IMG/VR virus record: IMGVR_UViG_3300037461_001096
Span: 64,001 to 128,000 of that record
From: a virus
DNA length: 64,000 nucleotides
Direction: 5' to 3' (one strand)
Positions 1-8,807 of this stretch are shown here, one piece after another (within the stretch, counting starts at the first letter, position 1; each line of letters starts with the position of its first letter). The position numbers were made by a program, and so were the translations under genes. The notes beneath the pieces are model-generated. The model was not told the origin of the DNA. It was given only the letters and a program-made list of their open reading frames with translations, and ran no database searches.

Positions 1-185
1 TCAGAATCATCCAGGTTTTTATCTGGATGGTTAGCTATCATGAGGTTTTTGGCCAGTTTTTTAGCCTCTTCAAGTAGCTTCTCAGCTTTTTCGACGCGGG
101 CAGCTATGCTTGAACAGGCTAAAATTTCTTCGGTGATGACCTTCCAGTCCTTGCCGAGGACTGTCCAAGCAGTGGACATATTCAT
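1..185 (-). CDS. J-domain-like protein (partial, runs off window start)
   Basis: Not in the ORF track; translated by hand: MNMSTAWTVLGKDWK...LLEEAKKLAKNLMIANHPDKNLDDS. It has the J-domain pattern (W.VLG ... helix-HPDK). The ATG at 185 overlaps the TGA of the upstream ORF (ATGA coupling). Confidence 0.7.
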   Translation of the reverse strand, partial: MNMSTAWTVLGKDWKVITEEILACSSIAARVEKAEKLLEEAKKLAKNLMIANHPDKNLDDS

Positions 186-349
186 ATATTAATCCCCTTG
201 AGTGACTTCAGACCTCTTGACAAGCGACGATTCTTACGTTCCAATAGATAATTTTCCAACTCAAAAACAGTCGACATTTCAAACCCCTTTATCCTTTTAA
301 ACTCTTCTTTAATCTCTTGGAATTTATCGGAGAATTCGTCATATGTCAT
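182..349 (-). CDS. small hypothetical protein
   Basis: ORF 182..376. The likely start is the ATG at 349 (MTYDEF), 6 nt after a G-TATAGT box. The stop overlaps the next start. Confidence 0.55.
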   Translation of the reverse strand: MTYDEFSDKFQEIKEEFKRIKGFEMSTVFELENYLLERKNRRLSRGLKSLKGINI

Positions 350-378
350 AATTATACTATACATAACAATTTTCAAAT

Positions 379-393
379 TGTAAAGTTTATCTT
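379..393 (+). promoter_or_regulatory. putative -10 element (G-TANNNT) 5-7 nt upstream of the start codon; leaderless-type promoter
   Basis: TG-TAAAGT-7nt-ATG. The same geometry occurs at starts 349(-), 4076(+), 8894(+), 34457(+), 36460(-) and 63107(+). Confidence 0.5.
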
Positions 394-648
394 ATGGGTC
401 GAAAGCAGCAAAGAATTGTCATTCTGCCTTCAGCGAACAAGAAAAAGTCTGTAAACTGGAATATTCTTTGGATGAAACTCCGTGTAGTATATGAAGCTGC
501 CGGCATGGATCGACACAAGGCTGTGCTCGACAATTTTCGAGATCAGAAAGAAGAAATTTGCCGGGTCCTAAACGTTGTAAGCGAAGCTGACCTGGCACGA
601 ATTCAACGTCAACTAACTGAACAAGTAAATCAAACGAAAGGAATATGA
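394..648 (+). CDS. hypothetical protein
   Basis: 84-aa ORF with G-TAAAGT 7 nt upstream of the ATG; first gene of a tightly packed + strand run. Confidence 0.6.
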   Translation: MGRKQQRIVILPSANKKKSVNWNILWMKLRVVYEAAGMDRHKAVLDNFRDQKEEICRVLNVVSEADLARIQRQLTEQVNQTKGI

Positions 649-649
649 T

Positions 650-1228
650 ATGAATGCGAAGACCCCAAAGCAAATGCTTGCTAGGGTACAAACCCTTCTC
701 AGGGGAATTGACAACTCAGTTCTAGCTATTGAAAAGCACAAGACTTTTGTCGATGACGCCGTTAAAGAAGTCAAGTCTCTTGTGGGGGGAATTGAAGATG
801 TTACTGACTGGGCTTCAGACAAGAGTCCAGAGTCTAAGCCCGTAGTCAATAAATTAGAATCGAAGAAGAAGCCAGAAATGGAACTTTGCCTTGGAAAGCC
901 AAAGTTAGAAAAGGCCACTAAAGTGGCGGTCCCAACGTCTGTTACGTCTACAAAGGTCAAGAAGGCCCCTGTGGATGGCCGTCCTTCCCTTAAGGAAGTT
1001 GTGCGTCAAATTGTTGCCAATGACTCTATGTCAGCAGCAGAGATCTGGAATCAAGCCACTGAAAAATGGGGGTACTGGTCTCGACAATCTCTGTATAATG
1101 TACTCAAGGACGGGAGACTGTTTTCCAAACAAGATGATAAATTTTCTCTGGCGAATCATTTTATGGACGAGGCAGAAAAATTTATCAAGCAGGTTGCAGA
1201 TAATCAAGTCGTTAAAAACGTTCAATAA
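650..1228 (+). CDS. putative winged-helix DNA-binding protein
   Basis: SD-like AAAGGA upstream. N-terminal coiled coil, Lys/Pro-rich linker, and a C-terminal SLKEVVRQIV...MSAAEIW...SRQSLYNVL...LFSK..DKFSL pattern resembling wHTH domains. Confidence 0.5.
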   Translation: MNAKTPKQMLARVQTLLRGIDNSVLAIEKHKTFVDDAVKEVKSLVGGIEDVTDWASDKSPESKPVVNKLESKKKPEMELCLGKPKLEKATKVAVPTSVTSTKVKKAPVDGRPSLKEVVRQIVANDSMSAAEIWNQATEKWGYWSRQSLYNVLKDGRLFSKQDDKFSLANHFMDEAEKFIKQVADNQVVKNVQ

Positions 1229-1239
1229 TAGATATTATT

Positions 1240-1560
1240 ATGTCGCAGTCACACAGCCACCATGATCCGCTTAGTCTATATGCAATGCGTTTTGCACGCC
1301 ATTGTTTACTTGAACACTTATGTTCACCAGATCACCCGATCTTAAATGTGGAAGCACAGCTTTTGGCCGAAGCCAAACAAATTCTTTACGAATTCTTATT
1401 ATTTAATCCGCAAAAGCGAGAAGATGTGGAAGCAGTCATTAAACGAATTGCTATAAATAAAGCAACTCAGATGACTGAAAATTCAGAGATGCGCAGGACA
1501 GTACTTGCAACTGTCTATAACAGACCATTAGATAATAACATATTTCCGAGCATAAACTGA
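1240..1560 (+). CDS. hypothetical protein
   Basis: 106-aa ORF; TGATG overlap with the next gene. Confidence 0.6.
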   Translation: MSQSHSHHDPLSLYAMRFARHCLLEHLCSPDHPILNVEAQLLAEAKQILYEFLLFNPQKREDVEAVIKRIAINKATQMTENSEMRRTVLATVYNRPLDNNIFPSIN

Positions 1561-2168
1561 TGGAAGTTGATCTGACTGCGTTCCTGGCGCCCATTAGGAC
1601 GGCCATGGTGGGCGCCGCGTATAAAGCTTCCAAATTCAGACTGAAGAATCCACAGATCTGCTGTCGGCCAAGGTGTATCGGTTGTTGTACTAGGTATATA
1701 ACGGTATCCCTTGCAGAAGCAGCAGTCATAATGATGTATTTGAAAGATCATTCAAAATGGTCGGAAGTGGAAAAACGAGCAGAAGACCTACAGAGGACAG
1801 TCATGCTCGCAAGTCCTGAAGCCTGGTTTAAAATGGGTATACCATGCCCAGTTTTATCAGTTGACGGCCTATGCGAAGCATATATGGTGAGACCGGTTAC
1901 GTGCTCTGCACATTTCGTTGAATTTAGTCCAGAAGCATGTGGAGCAGATTCAACATCTAGAGCGTCTTATGCTGGTAAGGACTATCCCGAAGCGTATTTA
2001 GACTTCATAAAGGCATTTGACGCTACCATTGGGCCGTCATCTTATTTTAGAGTAATGGCTCCTATGCCATTGGCTTTACTCTTTGCAAAAAAAGTGGCAT
2101 ATAAAAAAATAGAAGACCTCGATGCCCTAGTTAAAGTATTAGCGAAAGAGTCTCCGAAAAATGGATAA
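1560..2168 (+). CDS. YkgJ/UPF0153-family Cys-cluster (Zn or Fe-S) protein
   Basis: CCRPRCIGCC ... CPVL..DGLCEAYMVRPVTCSAHF matches the CxxxCxxCC...CPxL....CxxYxxRPxxC signature. Confidence 0.8.
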   Translation: MEVDLTAFLAPIRTAMVGAAYKASKFRLKNPQICCRPRCIGCCTRYITVSLAEAAVIMMYLKDHSKWSEVEKRAEDLQRTVMLASPEAWFKMGIPCPVLSVDGLCEAYMVRPVTCSAHFVEFSPEACGADSTSRASYAGKDYPEAYLDFIKAFDATIGPSSYFRVMAPMPLALLFAKKVAYKKIEDLDALVKVLAKESPKNG

Positions 2169-2403
2169 CTGTGTATACTGCAATACGCCGGGAAAAGTTA
2201 GAGTTATAAAAACGAGTGGTGTTGGCTCCGACATTTATGCATGTGATGGATGCTGGGAGCTTTTAAAAGACCCAAAGACAGCTTTGCCCCTAATCAGGGG
2301 ACATTTGACAATAACCTTGAGAGACACAGTGCCTAAAAGCACCCTCGATAGGGTGTTAAATGTTTTCATGGAAAAAATTTCCGCCTGGAAACAACAAAAC
2401 TAA
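2161..2403 (+). CDS. small zinc-finger protein
   Basis: CVYC...CDGC pair; overlaps the upstream stop. Confidence 0.6.
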   Translation: MDNCVYCNTPGKVRVIKTSGVGSDIYACDGCWELLKDPKTALPLIRGHLTITLRDTVPKSTLDRVLNVFMEKISAWKQQN

Positions 2404-3266
2404 TACACGCCAACCTGAGCACGCGCTGCGACAACTGTGTTTTTAAGTAAAAATGCAATTGTCAGTGGTCCAACACCGCCAGGAACCGGCGTAATCGCAA
2501 AAGCATTCAACCGCGCTGCTTCATAATCAACGTCACCCACTAGTGTACCATCGCCAATACGGTTGATCCCCACATCCACAACTACTGCCCCTGGCTTAAT
2601 CCAGCTGCCTTTAATCATTTTTGCTTGCCCAACTGCTGCCACTAAAACATCAGCCACTCGACACAGCGTGTCAAGATCTCGTGTTCGAGAATGTGCAATT
2701 GTAACTGTTGCATGCTGTGCTAGTAATAATTGTGCTACTGGTTTGCCAACCAGATTACTACGACCGACGACCACTGAATGCATCCCTTTCAGGCTCACCC
2801 CTGATTCTTGTATTATTCGCATGCAGCCTTGCGGTGTGCACGGAACTAACCTCGGGCTCCCATTTACAAGCAAACCCGCATTTGTTGGATGGAGCCCGTC
2901 TACGTCCTTTGACGGATCGAGTAGATCAATCACACGTTTTTCATACAGCCCATTAGGTAAGGGCAACTGCACCAAGATACCATCAACTGTGTCGTCAGTG
3001 TTTAATTTTTCGATCAGTGACAATAAATCCCTTTCACTTGTATTTGCAGGCAATCGATGGGTATAGCCCACTATTCCAACCTTGGCCGCTGCTTTTTCTT
3101 TATTTTGAACGTAAACACGAGAAGCTGGATCGTCCCCAACTAGCACAACGTGTAAGCCAGGAGCGCGTCCGTGGGCGGTTATAAACTGTTTTACTTCTGC
3201 TGAGACTTCGTCCTTCACCTTGGCGGCAATAGTTTTGCCATCAAGAATCTTTCCAGTATTACTCAT
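2400..3266 (-). CDS. folD: bifunctional methylenetetrahydrofolate dehydrogenase/cyclohydrolase
   Basis: Full-length with the hallmark motifs YVxxK, DGILVQLPLP, KDVDG, PCTPxG, GRSNLVGKP, DVGINR and TPVPGGVGPLT. Confidence 0.97.
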   Translation of the reverse strand: MSNTGKILDGKTIAAKVKDEVSAEVKQFITAHGRAPGLHVVLVGDDPASRVYVQNKEKAAAKVGIVGYTHRLPANTSERDLLSLIEKLNTDDTVDGILVQLPLPNGLYEKRVIDLLDPSKDVDGLHPTNAGLLVNGSPRLVPCTPQGCMRIIQESGVSLKGMHSVVVGRSNLVGKPVAQLLLAQHATVTIAHSRTRDLDTLCRVADVLVAAVGQAKMIKGSWIKPGAVVVDVGINRIGDGTLVGDVDYEAARLNAFAITPVPGGVGPLTIAFLLKNTVVAARAQVGVY

Positions 3267-3275
3267 ATGGTTATC

Positions 3276-3959
3276 CTATAAACGCCGCAGTTGGAAATGA
3301 CCGTTCTCGTTTGATTTATAAATATCTAGAACTAAAGTTTTGATCTGAAGCCGAAAGTTTATGATTGACTTATTTGAGATTTTATGACCGTACCAGCTTA
3401 AGGCTTCGCGAATAACATCAGGGCTCGCCCCACTACGCACAGCACGCATATACCTCGCTAAATCTCGATAACCACGCCGACGCATGACATTTTCAACATC
3501 CCGTAGATGACTATCCATTTCATCATCTTTTATATGATTTTCAAGAATATCGAGCATCGTTCGGAAGTCATCGGCGCCAATCGGTGCGTCAATCGAATCT
3601 TTCTCCCTATCATGTCGCTTTTTGCGGTGTACTAAATTTATGCATACGTTATTCGCAATCATGTAAACATAATGACCAAATGAGCTTTTACGGGGGTCAT
3701 GAGCTGATTTAGTGTGATTTTTATGGATAATAGCTACAAAGACCTCTTGTAATAACTCCTCCATTGAAATGTCTGCAACACGGAAGTATTTATGTACAAT
3801 TTTTGTGATATCCTGTATTTTATTTTCAACATCGACTCCGAGATGTATCGTAGGATCATCGGGGGATACACGAGGCCAGGGGAGCTTTTTCGGGGGTGCT
3901 TTTGCTGGTTTTAATGAAGTCTTTACCACCCGGACATGTTTGTTCTCACATATTCCCAT
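3276..3959 (-). CDS. sigma70-family (ECF-like/phage) sigma factor
   Basis: Region-2 pattern: EELLQEVFVAII...DPRKSSFGHYVYMIANNVCINLVHRKKR...SIDAP. The start is placed at 3959 because of the strong SD GGAGGT (the ORF track starts at 4013). Region 4 is divergent. Confidence 0.75.
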   Translation of the reverse strand: MGICENKHVRVVKTSLKPAKAPPKKLPWPRVSPDDPTIHLGVDVENKIQDITKIVHKYFRVADISMEELLQEVFVAIIHKNHTKSAHDPRKSSFGHYVYMIANNVCINLVHRKKRHDREKDSIDAPIGADDFRTMLDILENHIKDDEMDSHLRDVENVMRRRGYRDLARYMRAVRSGASPDVIREALSWYGHKISNKSIINFRLQIKTLVLDIYKSNENGHFQLRRL

Positions 3960-4075
3960 GCAGCACCTCCAGTGGACAATGTTTATTGTACCATGATAAT
4001 AAACATCATTCAAATATAATATACATTTACAAGAGCCCGAAGTTTAAAACTACTAACAATAGTATTGTCATTCAA

Positions 4076-4615
4076 ATGGGAAACACTAAGCCAGATTTTT
4101 TACAAGAGTGCATGTCAGAATTCAGGAGTGCACCAATTGACGCATTCAACAGAGAATTCTGTATGATGTGTTCAAACAGAGAGTGTGCAAGAAGCTGGGG
4201 AAATAACTCAGTATTCGATTTTAGGATAAAAAACTGGAGGTCTATCCTATTCGAGAATGTTCCAAGATTAAATGATCCAAATATGGCAAACAAAGGATTT
4301 GAGCCTGCAAATCTTGGAAGAATTCAAGAAATCCGGACATCGGTTTTTGAAACTTCTGAACCATCGTCTTATGACGATGCTCCGGATACAGATCCATCTC
4401 CCCCAATTTTTGACGAAGTTATTTCTTCTCTTCCGATTTCTGACGAGAAAGTATCCCAAGTGTCCCAAGTCTCTAATGAAAAGATAACTTCTACTTCTTT
4501 ACCTAAGACACCAGAAACGGTTAACACTCCGTTCAACCGTCCCATTATGCTTGGTGGGACGCCAAAAGAGGAGAAGACAGAACCGGGTTCTGTCTTTATT
4601 TTTGATGATGAGTGA
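4076..4615 (+). CDS. hypothetical protein (N-terminal Cys cluster, disordered C-terminus)
   Basis: ORF 3896..4615; likely start MGNTKP at 4076, 7 nt after G-TATTGT; contains C..CxxCxxxxC. Confidence 0.6.
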   Translation: MGNTKPDFLQECMSEFRSAPIDAFNREFCMMCSNRECARSWGNNSVFDFRIKNWRSILFENVPRLNDPNMANKGFEPANLGRIQEIRTSVFETSEPSSYDDAPDTDPSPPIFDEVISSLPISDEKVSQVSQVSNEKITSTSLPKTPETVNTPFNRPIMLGGTPKEEKTEPGSVFIFDDE

Positions 4616-5441
4616 TGAGTATAAATGGGGGGATGACCCCGTAGCAGCCATTCAAAAAGCGGCCGGGTCGTCGTTAGCTGTTCAAATCGAAGACGACATT
4701 GTAGCCGGTTATCTCATACTGCTTCGTAAAGAGATAGAAAGCAATTCAGAGCTATCTGAATTGATTGCAAAAGGTAACTCGGAAAATGTTGTAAAAACAG
4801 CTTTGACTTCGGCATGTAAACTCGTAAAACCGGGAACCGATTATTTGCTTGATAGAGTTATATCAATGCTTCTTGAAGAGCTTGAACAGCATAGACAAGC
4901 AAAGCCGAGCTTATACCTCATTAGCCAAAAAACCGGCCGTGCAATTATCCCCATAGAGGCTAAAGATGTATATACACCTCCAGACTATATTGGACTTGAT
5001 GGGAAAATTCACAAGTCCAACCCGATTGTCCACCCAAAATTATCTTCATCGTTAGCTATAGCCTCATATGAAGCAGCTAAACAAGAGTTAGTTCTTACTA
5101 AAATAACACCAAAGACACATATGGCACACACACATTTATCCACTCCAGAACAAATAGTGCAAAAGGCCAGGCAAAAACTTGCTGGGTTACCCCCATGCGA
5201 AAACGGAGAATGGAAAGACGTTGAATTTGGAAAAGAGCATGTCGCCGGGATGGAACAGTCGGTTAACCCGTCATTTCATCGGGTTGAACTGTTTTCATCC
5301 ATTCTTGCCAGGAAGGTGTTTGAATTGTGCGGAAAAGGAGGGCAGTATAACTTCGGATCCATCAGAAGCTGTCGTAATGCCAAGTTGCGCTGGTACGTGA
5401 TTCCCGTTGAATTCAAGCGAATGGATATCACCGGCATTTGA
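4608..5441 (+). CDS. hypothetical protein
   Basis: ORF 4551..5441; likely ATG at 4605 or 4608, overlapping the upstream stop. Confidence 0.65.
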   Translation: MSDEYKWGDDPVAAIQKAAGSSLAVQIEDDIVAGYLILLRKEIESNSELSELIAKGNSENVVKTALTSACKLVKPGTDYLLDRVISMLLEELEQHRQAKPSLYLISQKTGRAIIPIEAKDVYTPPDYIGLDGKIHKSNPIVHPKLSSSLAIASYEAAKQELVLTKITPKTHMAHTHLSTPEQIVQKARQKLAGLPPCENGEWKDVEFGKEHVAGMEQSVNPSFHRVELFSSILARKVFELCGKGGQYNFGSIRSCRNAKLRWYVIPVEFKRMDITGI

Positions 5442-5924
5442 GAGAATCTCAGCTAATACAACTGCCATAGCATACCGAAGTTCAGCAACCCCTGGGGTGT
5501 TAATAGGTTTAAATTCTTCCACAACAGCAGCAAATTTTTCATATGTGCTTCGGAATTGAAACTCAACATATACATTCATCGGCAAGATGCTGATGGCGTC
5601 ATCCGGATTTTTTAAAACATGAGACAGATCACAGAAGATCTGCAACATCTCCATTATACGCTCCCGTATAATGACCGTGGCTTTTTCGGCAAGATTGGGA
5701 ACCTGAGCTATTGCGGAGTCTAAAAATCGATCTTGAGCCAGAGGTGGGGTCCACGCTATAAGCGGGTTTTTCACTTTGAGCTGATCTATAAAACCACGCC
5801 CAAGAAGCAATGGCATAGCCGCTTGAACTATGCACCACGGCGCGCTTATTCGGAGAGCAACCTGGCGCGTTGAATTATCTGAACACACACACTCTACTTC
5901 GCCATGTTCAAGAAGTCTAGACAT
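5295..5924 (-). CDS. ThyX-fold-like protein lacking catalytic motif
   Basis: LLEHGEVECV, LRISAPW, DAISILPMNVYVEFQF and AELRYAMA are collinear with ThyX segments recalled from memory. The RHRxxSxxxxSxRY motif is absent. Confidence 0.5.
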   Translation of the reverse strand: MSRLLEHGEVECVCSDNSTRQVALRISAPWCIVQAAMPLLLGRGFIDQLKVKNPLIAWTPPLAQDRFLDSAIAQVPNLAEKATVIIRERIMEMLQIFCDLSHVLKNPDDAISILPMNVYVEFQFRSTYEKFAAVVEEFKPINTPGVAELRYAMAVVLAEILSNAGDIHSLEFNGNHVPAQLGITTASDGSEVILPSFSAQFKHLPGKNG

Positions 5925-5933
5925 TAGTTATAC

Positions 5934-8807
5934 CTAGAGTCCGAATAAATCTACTAAAATATTGAATCTAGTAGGATCTACAAGAATATCCTCAGATTCT
6001 GCCACAAGAATTTCCCCCTTTCGGTTAATGATTCGTATTGGAACCGATCCTTCAGCCAACACACAAATTGCATGAAGCTTACGCATTGTTGACTTTGATG
6101 GAATAGCCCCGAAGACCCATCGAAAAACCTCCCCCATGGGTGCTGGCGTAGGCGTAGGCGTAGGCGTAGGCGTAGGCGTAGGCGTAGGCGTAGGCGCTGG
6201 TGCGAGTGTGGATATGGGCGCGGGCGATTCTTCAAAATCTGATTTCGAATCCCGAATTTCAATTCCAAAAATTGGCCCGCTAGTCGAATCTAAACTAATG
6301 TCATCCATATCGATGGCAGAAACCGATTGGACTAGGGTTGTTTCAGTGGTTCCTTTCGGTTCAGACTTGACTTTTTCAATATGAGTATCTGCTATGGGTG
6401 GGACACTTACAGGGAGAAGTTCAGATTTTGGAGCGGTGGGGCTTGGTTGATACTGCGCCTCTCCCCCGTCATCCCGTTTGATTAATCCTTTTAAGAATTC
6501 TGGAATTTTCTGAAAAATTTTGCCATTGTCGAAGTATTCATCTTTTTTCAGTTTACCTTTAAAAACTCCGTCAGCTATGTCTTTAGGATTTGGTGGAACG
6601 CCATCGACCATTTTAAAATAATCAAACCGGGCCTTCCAATTAACATCAATCCCCGGCTCGGTCAATAATGGGACTTCCCATCTCCTTCCATGTGCTTTTT
6701 CGAGCTTCCATGGAAATGTCATCCATTCATCAAGTTTTCGAACTGCCTCCTGGAGAAGTTCTGGCTCAACTTCATAAACGACTTCATCATGAACAGTCAT
6801 GATATATTTAATTTTGTCATGCCATCCCATCTCGCGGATCTTCTTGTCGACAAAACACATCGCGAATTTCAAAATATCTGCTGACGTAGCTTGGATTGTG
6901 TAATTGATGGCACATCGTTCAGCCTTTGCCCTTATAGTCCGGATTGGGGAGTCAATTGTTGGGATCGGGATGCGCCTTCCAAATGCTGTAAAAATGCATT
7001 TGTTTTTACGGGCAAACTCTTTCTGATGTTCTACATATCCCATGAGCACTGGGACAGCTTGCCTCAAATTCGACATATGACGACTGCCGTCTTCTATTGA
7101 GCATTTAACATTCCTGGATATGGCGCCAGCGCCTCCACCGTATATGAACGCAAAATTGCAACGCTTTCCGCGGTTACGTTCATCTTTAGTGATTTCATTT
7201 TTACCAAAAAGGGTTCTTGATGTGATGCTATGAACGTCCCCGTCCTCGTTCAGAAAAGAATTCGTCCAAATTGGATCACCGGATAAATTAGTGACAACTC
7301 GCAATTCTTCTCCTGCATAGTCAAGTTTGACCAAAAATTTTCCAGGTCTAGGGATGATGCATGTCCGGATTTGCTTAAACAACTCTGGTTTATCGTCGTC
7401 TGAATCTCTGGGGATCCCCTGAAAACTAACACCGGAGAACCCGTCTGAAATCTTTCCAGCCTTGGACGACATACGAGTTGTGTCAGTTCCCATTTGATTG
7501 AACAAAGGTCTGACGTCCCCATATTTATCATGAGACTGCATGAACCTGTCAATATATGACCCCTTCATCTTCTGATAATGGCGATATTCGAGAATGAGGT
7601 CAAAAATACTTTCGGATCTCGGATTCCCATCTTTATCAAAGACGCCTTCACGTTGGACTCTAATATTCTTTCCATAAGCATCATCCATTGATTTTAGTGC
7701 TTCGTCTTTTAGCGTATATTGCTTCTGAGTAGGGTCCCCACCATTTTCACCGTCATTATCATCATCGTTTTCGTTGGAAAGAACATCTTCGTGTTGTTCA
7801 TCACCCAGCATGAACTTCGTTGGTTTTAGCATCAGACCCTCTGGATCTGTTAGCAATGCCATTGATAGCTGCTTCGGTGATCCAACGTTCAAAGTATTCC
7901 ATCTTCCAGTTTTTCCCGTTCTCCCCTCAATCATATCCCGGACAGTATCACCAGTCAATCTCAGCATGGCGTCGCATTCAGCTGAAAGTTGTTCCACACG
8001 GGCGACATCAATATGGACACGATTCCGCTCCATTTTTTGGACAATATTGCAGAATGATTTTTCAAGGCTATATAATTTCTGATCATTTCCTTGTATTTTA
8101 TCTTTTAGTGCAAACCACAGTTTATATGTAAAAATGCTATCCGAACAGCCATATTCAAGACCCTCTTTCGGATGTAGGAGAGCAAAATTATAACGCTTCT
8201 TCTCTTTCTGAAGTTGCTCTTTTTTCTCTTGAGTAAATAAGTCGTCAAGCTCGATCATTTCCACGCCAAAGTGGATCTTTGTTAAAGGCTTCAAGCCGGC
8301 AGGCGAACTCTTGATTGGGTTAATGATGCGGGCAAGAAGCATGGTATCCTCATTCTCATCAATTTTCCAATACTCCTTGTTCACGAGTGGTAAAAGTATC
8401 TCTTTGTCGTACTTACCATTATGGAATATAATTCGACAGTTATTCACAAGCCTAGTCAACTCATCACATATTGGATCCCATGGAAGGTTCCCGGAGTCTT
8501 CTGGCTCATGCGTTAGTGGCGCATAATACCCATGTTCTCCATCAAACGATATACATACTCCCACAACTCGGTCAATAGTTCGTATTCCATGACGAGTTGT
8601 TTTTCCATCTTCGAAAAATTCGTCCGAATAAATGCGGTTGTCCAGCCCCGTAGATTCTATGTCTAAAGCGCATAACCCACGCTTAATACATATATCAACA
8701 AGATTATGAAATTGACTAACACTCTGAATAAGAGTGAAGGAATACTGCTTGAACCAATCTTTTGAAATCTCAATACGATCGTCAGCTTGCTGCAATAACA
8801 TATTCAA
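5934..8807 (-). CDS. polA: family A DNA polymerase (3'-5' exonuclease + polymerase) with C-terminal extension
   Basis: ExoI ALDIESTG, ExoII FHNGKYD, ExoIII YGCSD, motif A DYAGEELRV, motif B RNRGKRCNFAFIYG, motif C TVHDEV. No 5'-3' exonuclease domain. The ATG at 8801 is an alternative start. Confidence 0.95.
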   Translation of the reverse strand: MNMLLQQADDRIEISKDWFKQYSFTLIQSVSQFHNLVDICIKRGLCALDIESTGLDNRIYSDEFFEDGKTTRHGIRTIDRVVGVCISFDGEHGYYAPLTHEPEDSGNLPWDPICDELTRLVNNCRIIFHNGKYDKEILLPLVNKEYWKIDENEDTMLLARIINPIKSSPAGLKPLTKIHFGVEMIELDDLFTQEKKEQLQKEKKRYNFALLHPKEGLEYGCSDSIFTYKLWFALKDKIQGNDQKLYSLEKSFCNIVQKMERNRVHIDVARVEQLSAECDAMLRLTGDTVRDMIEGRTGKTGRWNTLNVGSPKQLSMALLTDPEGLMLKPTKFMLGDEQHEDVLSNENDDDNDGENGGDPTQKQYTLKDEALKSMDDAYGKNIRVQREGVFDKDGNPRSESIFDLILEYRHYQKMKGSYIDRFMQSHDKYGDVRPLFNQMGTDTTRMSSKAGKISDGFSGVSFQGIPRDSDDDKPELFKQIRTCIIPRPGKFLVKLDYAGEELRVVTNLSGDPIWTNSFLNEDGDVHSITSRTLFGKNEITKDERNRGKRCNFAFIYGGGAGAISRNVKCSIEDGSRHMSNLRQAVPVLMGYVEHQKEFARKNKCIFTAFGRRIPIPTIDSPIRTIRAKAERCAINYTIQATSADILKFAMCFVDKKIREMGWHDKIKYIMTVHDEVVYEVEPELLQEAVRKLDEWMTFPWKLEKAHGRRWEVPLLTEPGIDVNWKARFDYFKMVDGVPPNPKDIADGVFKGKLKKDEYFDNGKIFQKIPEFLKGLIKRDDGGEAQYQPSPTAPKSELLPVSVPPIADTHIEKVKSEPKGTTETTLVQSVSAIDMDDISLDSTSGPIFGIEIRDSKSDFEESPAPISTLAPAPTPTPTPTPTPTPTPTPAPMGEVFRWVFGAIPSKSTMRKLHAICVLAEGSVPIRIINRKGEILVAESEDILVDPTRFNILVDLFGL
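6145..6196. repeat. perfect hexanucleotide tandem repeat (GGCGTA)x8 plus partial copy, encoding a Pro-Thr linker in the polymerase
   Basis: Read directly from the sequence; it translates as PTPTPT... on the minus strand. Confidence 0.95.

Noticed and set aside
2563-3066. 167-aa + strand ORF
   Set aside because: It is the antisense shadow of folD with no independent features.
5295-5924. Calling this gene thyX
   Set aside because: The catalytic and FAD-binding signature residues are absent, so a functional thymidylate synthase call is not supported.
5978-6384. ORFs with RLRLRL (5978..6268) and GVGVGV (6136..6384) repeats
   Set aside because: These are alternative-frame readings of the GGCGTA microsatellite inside polA.
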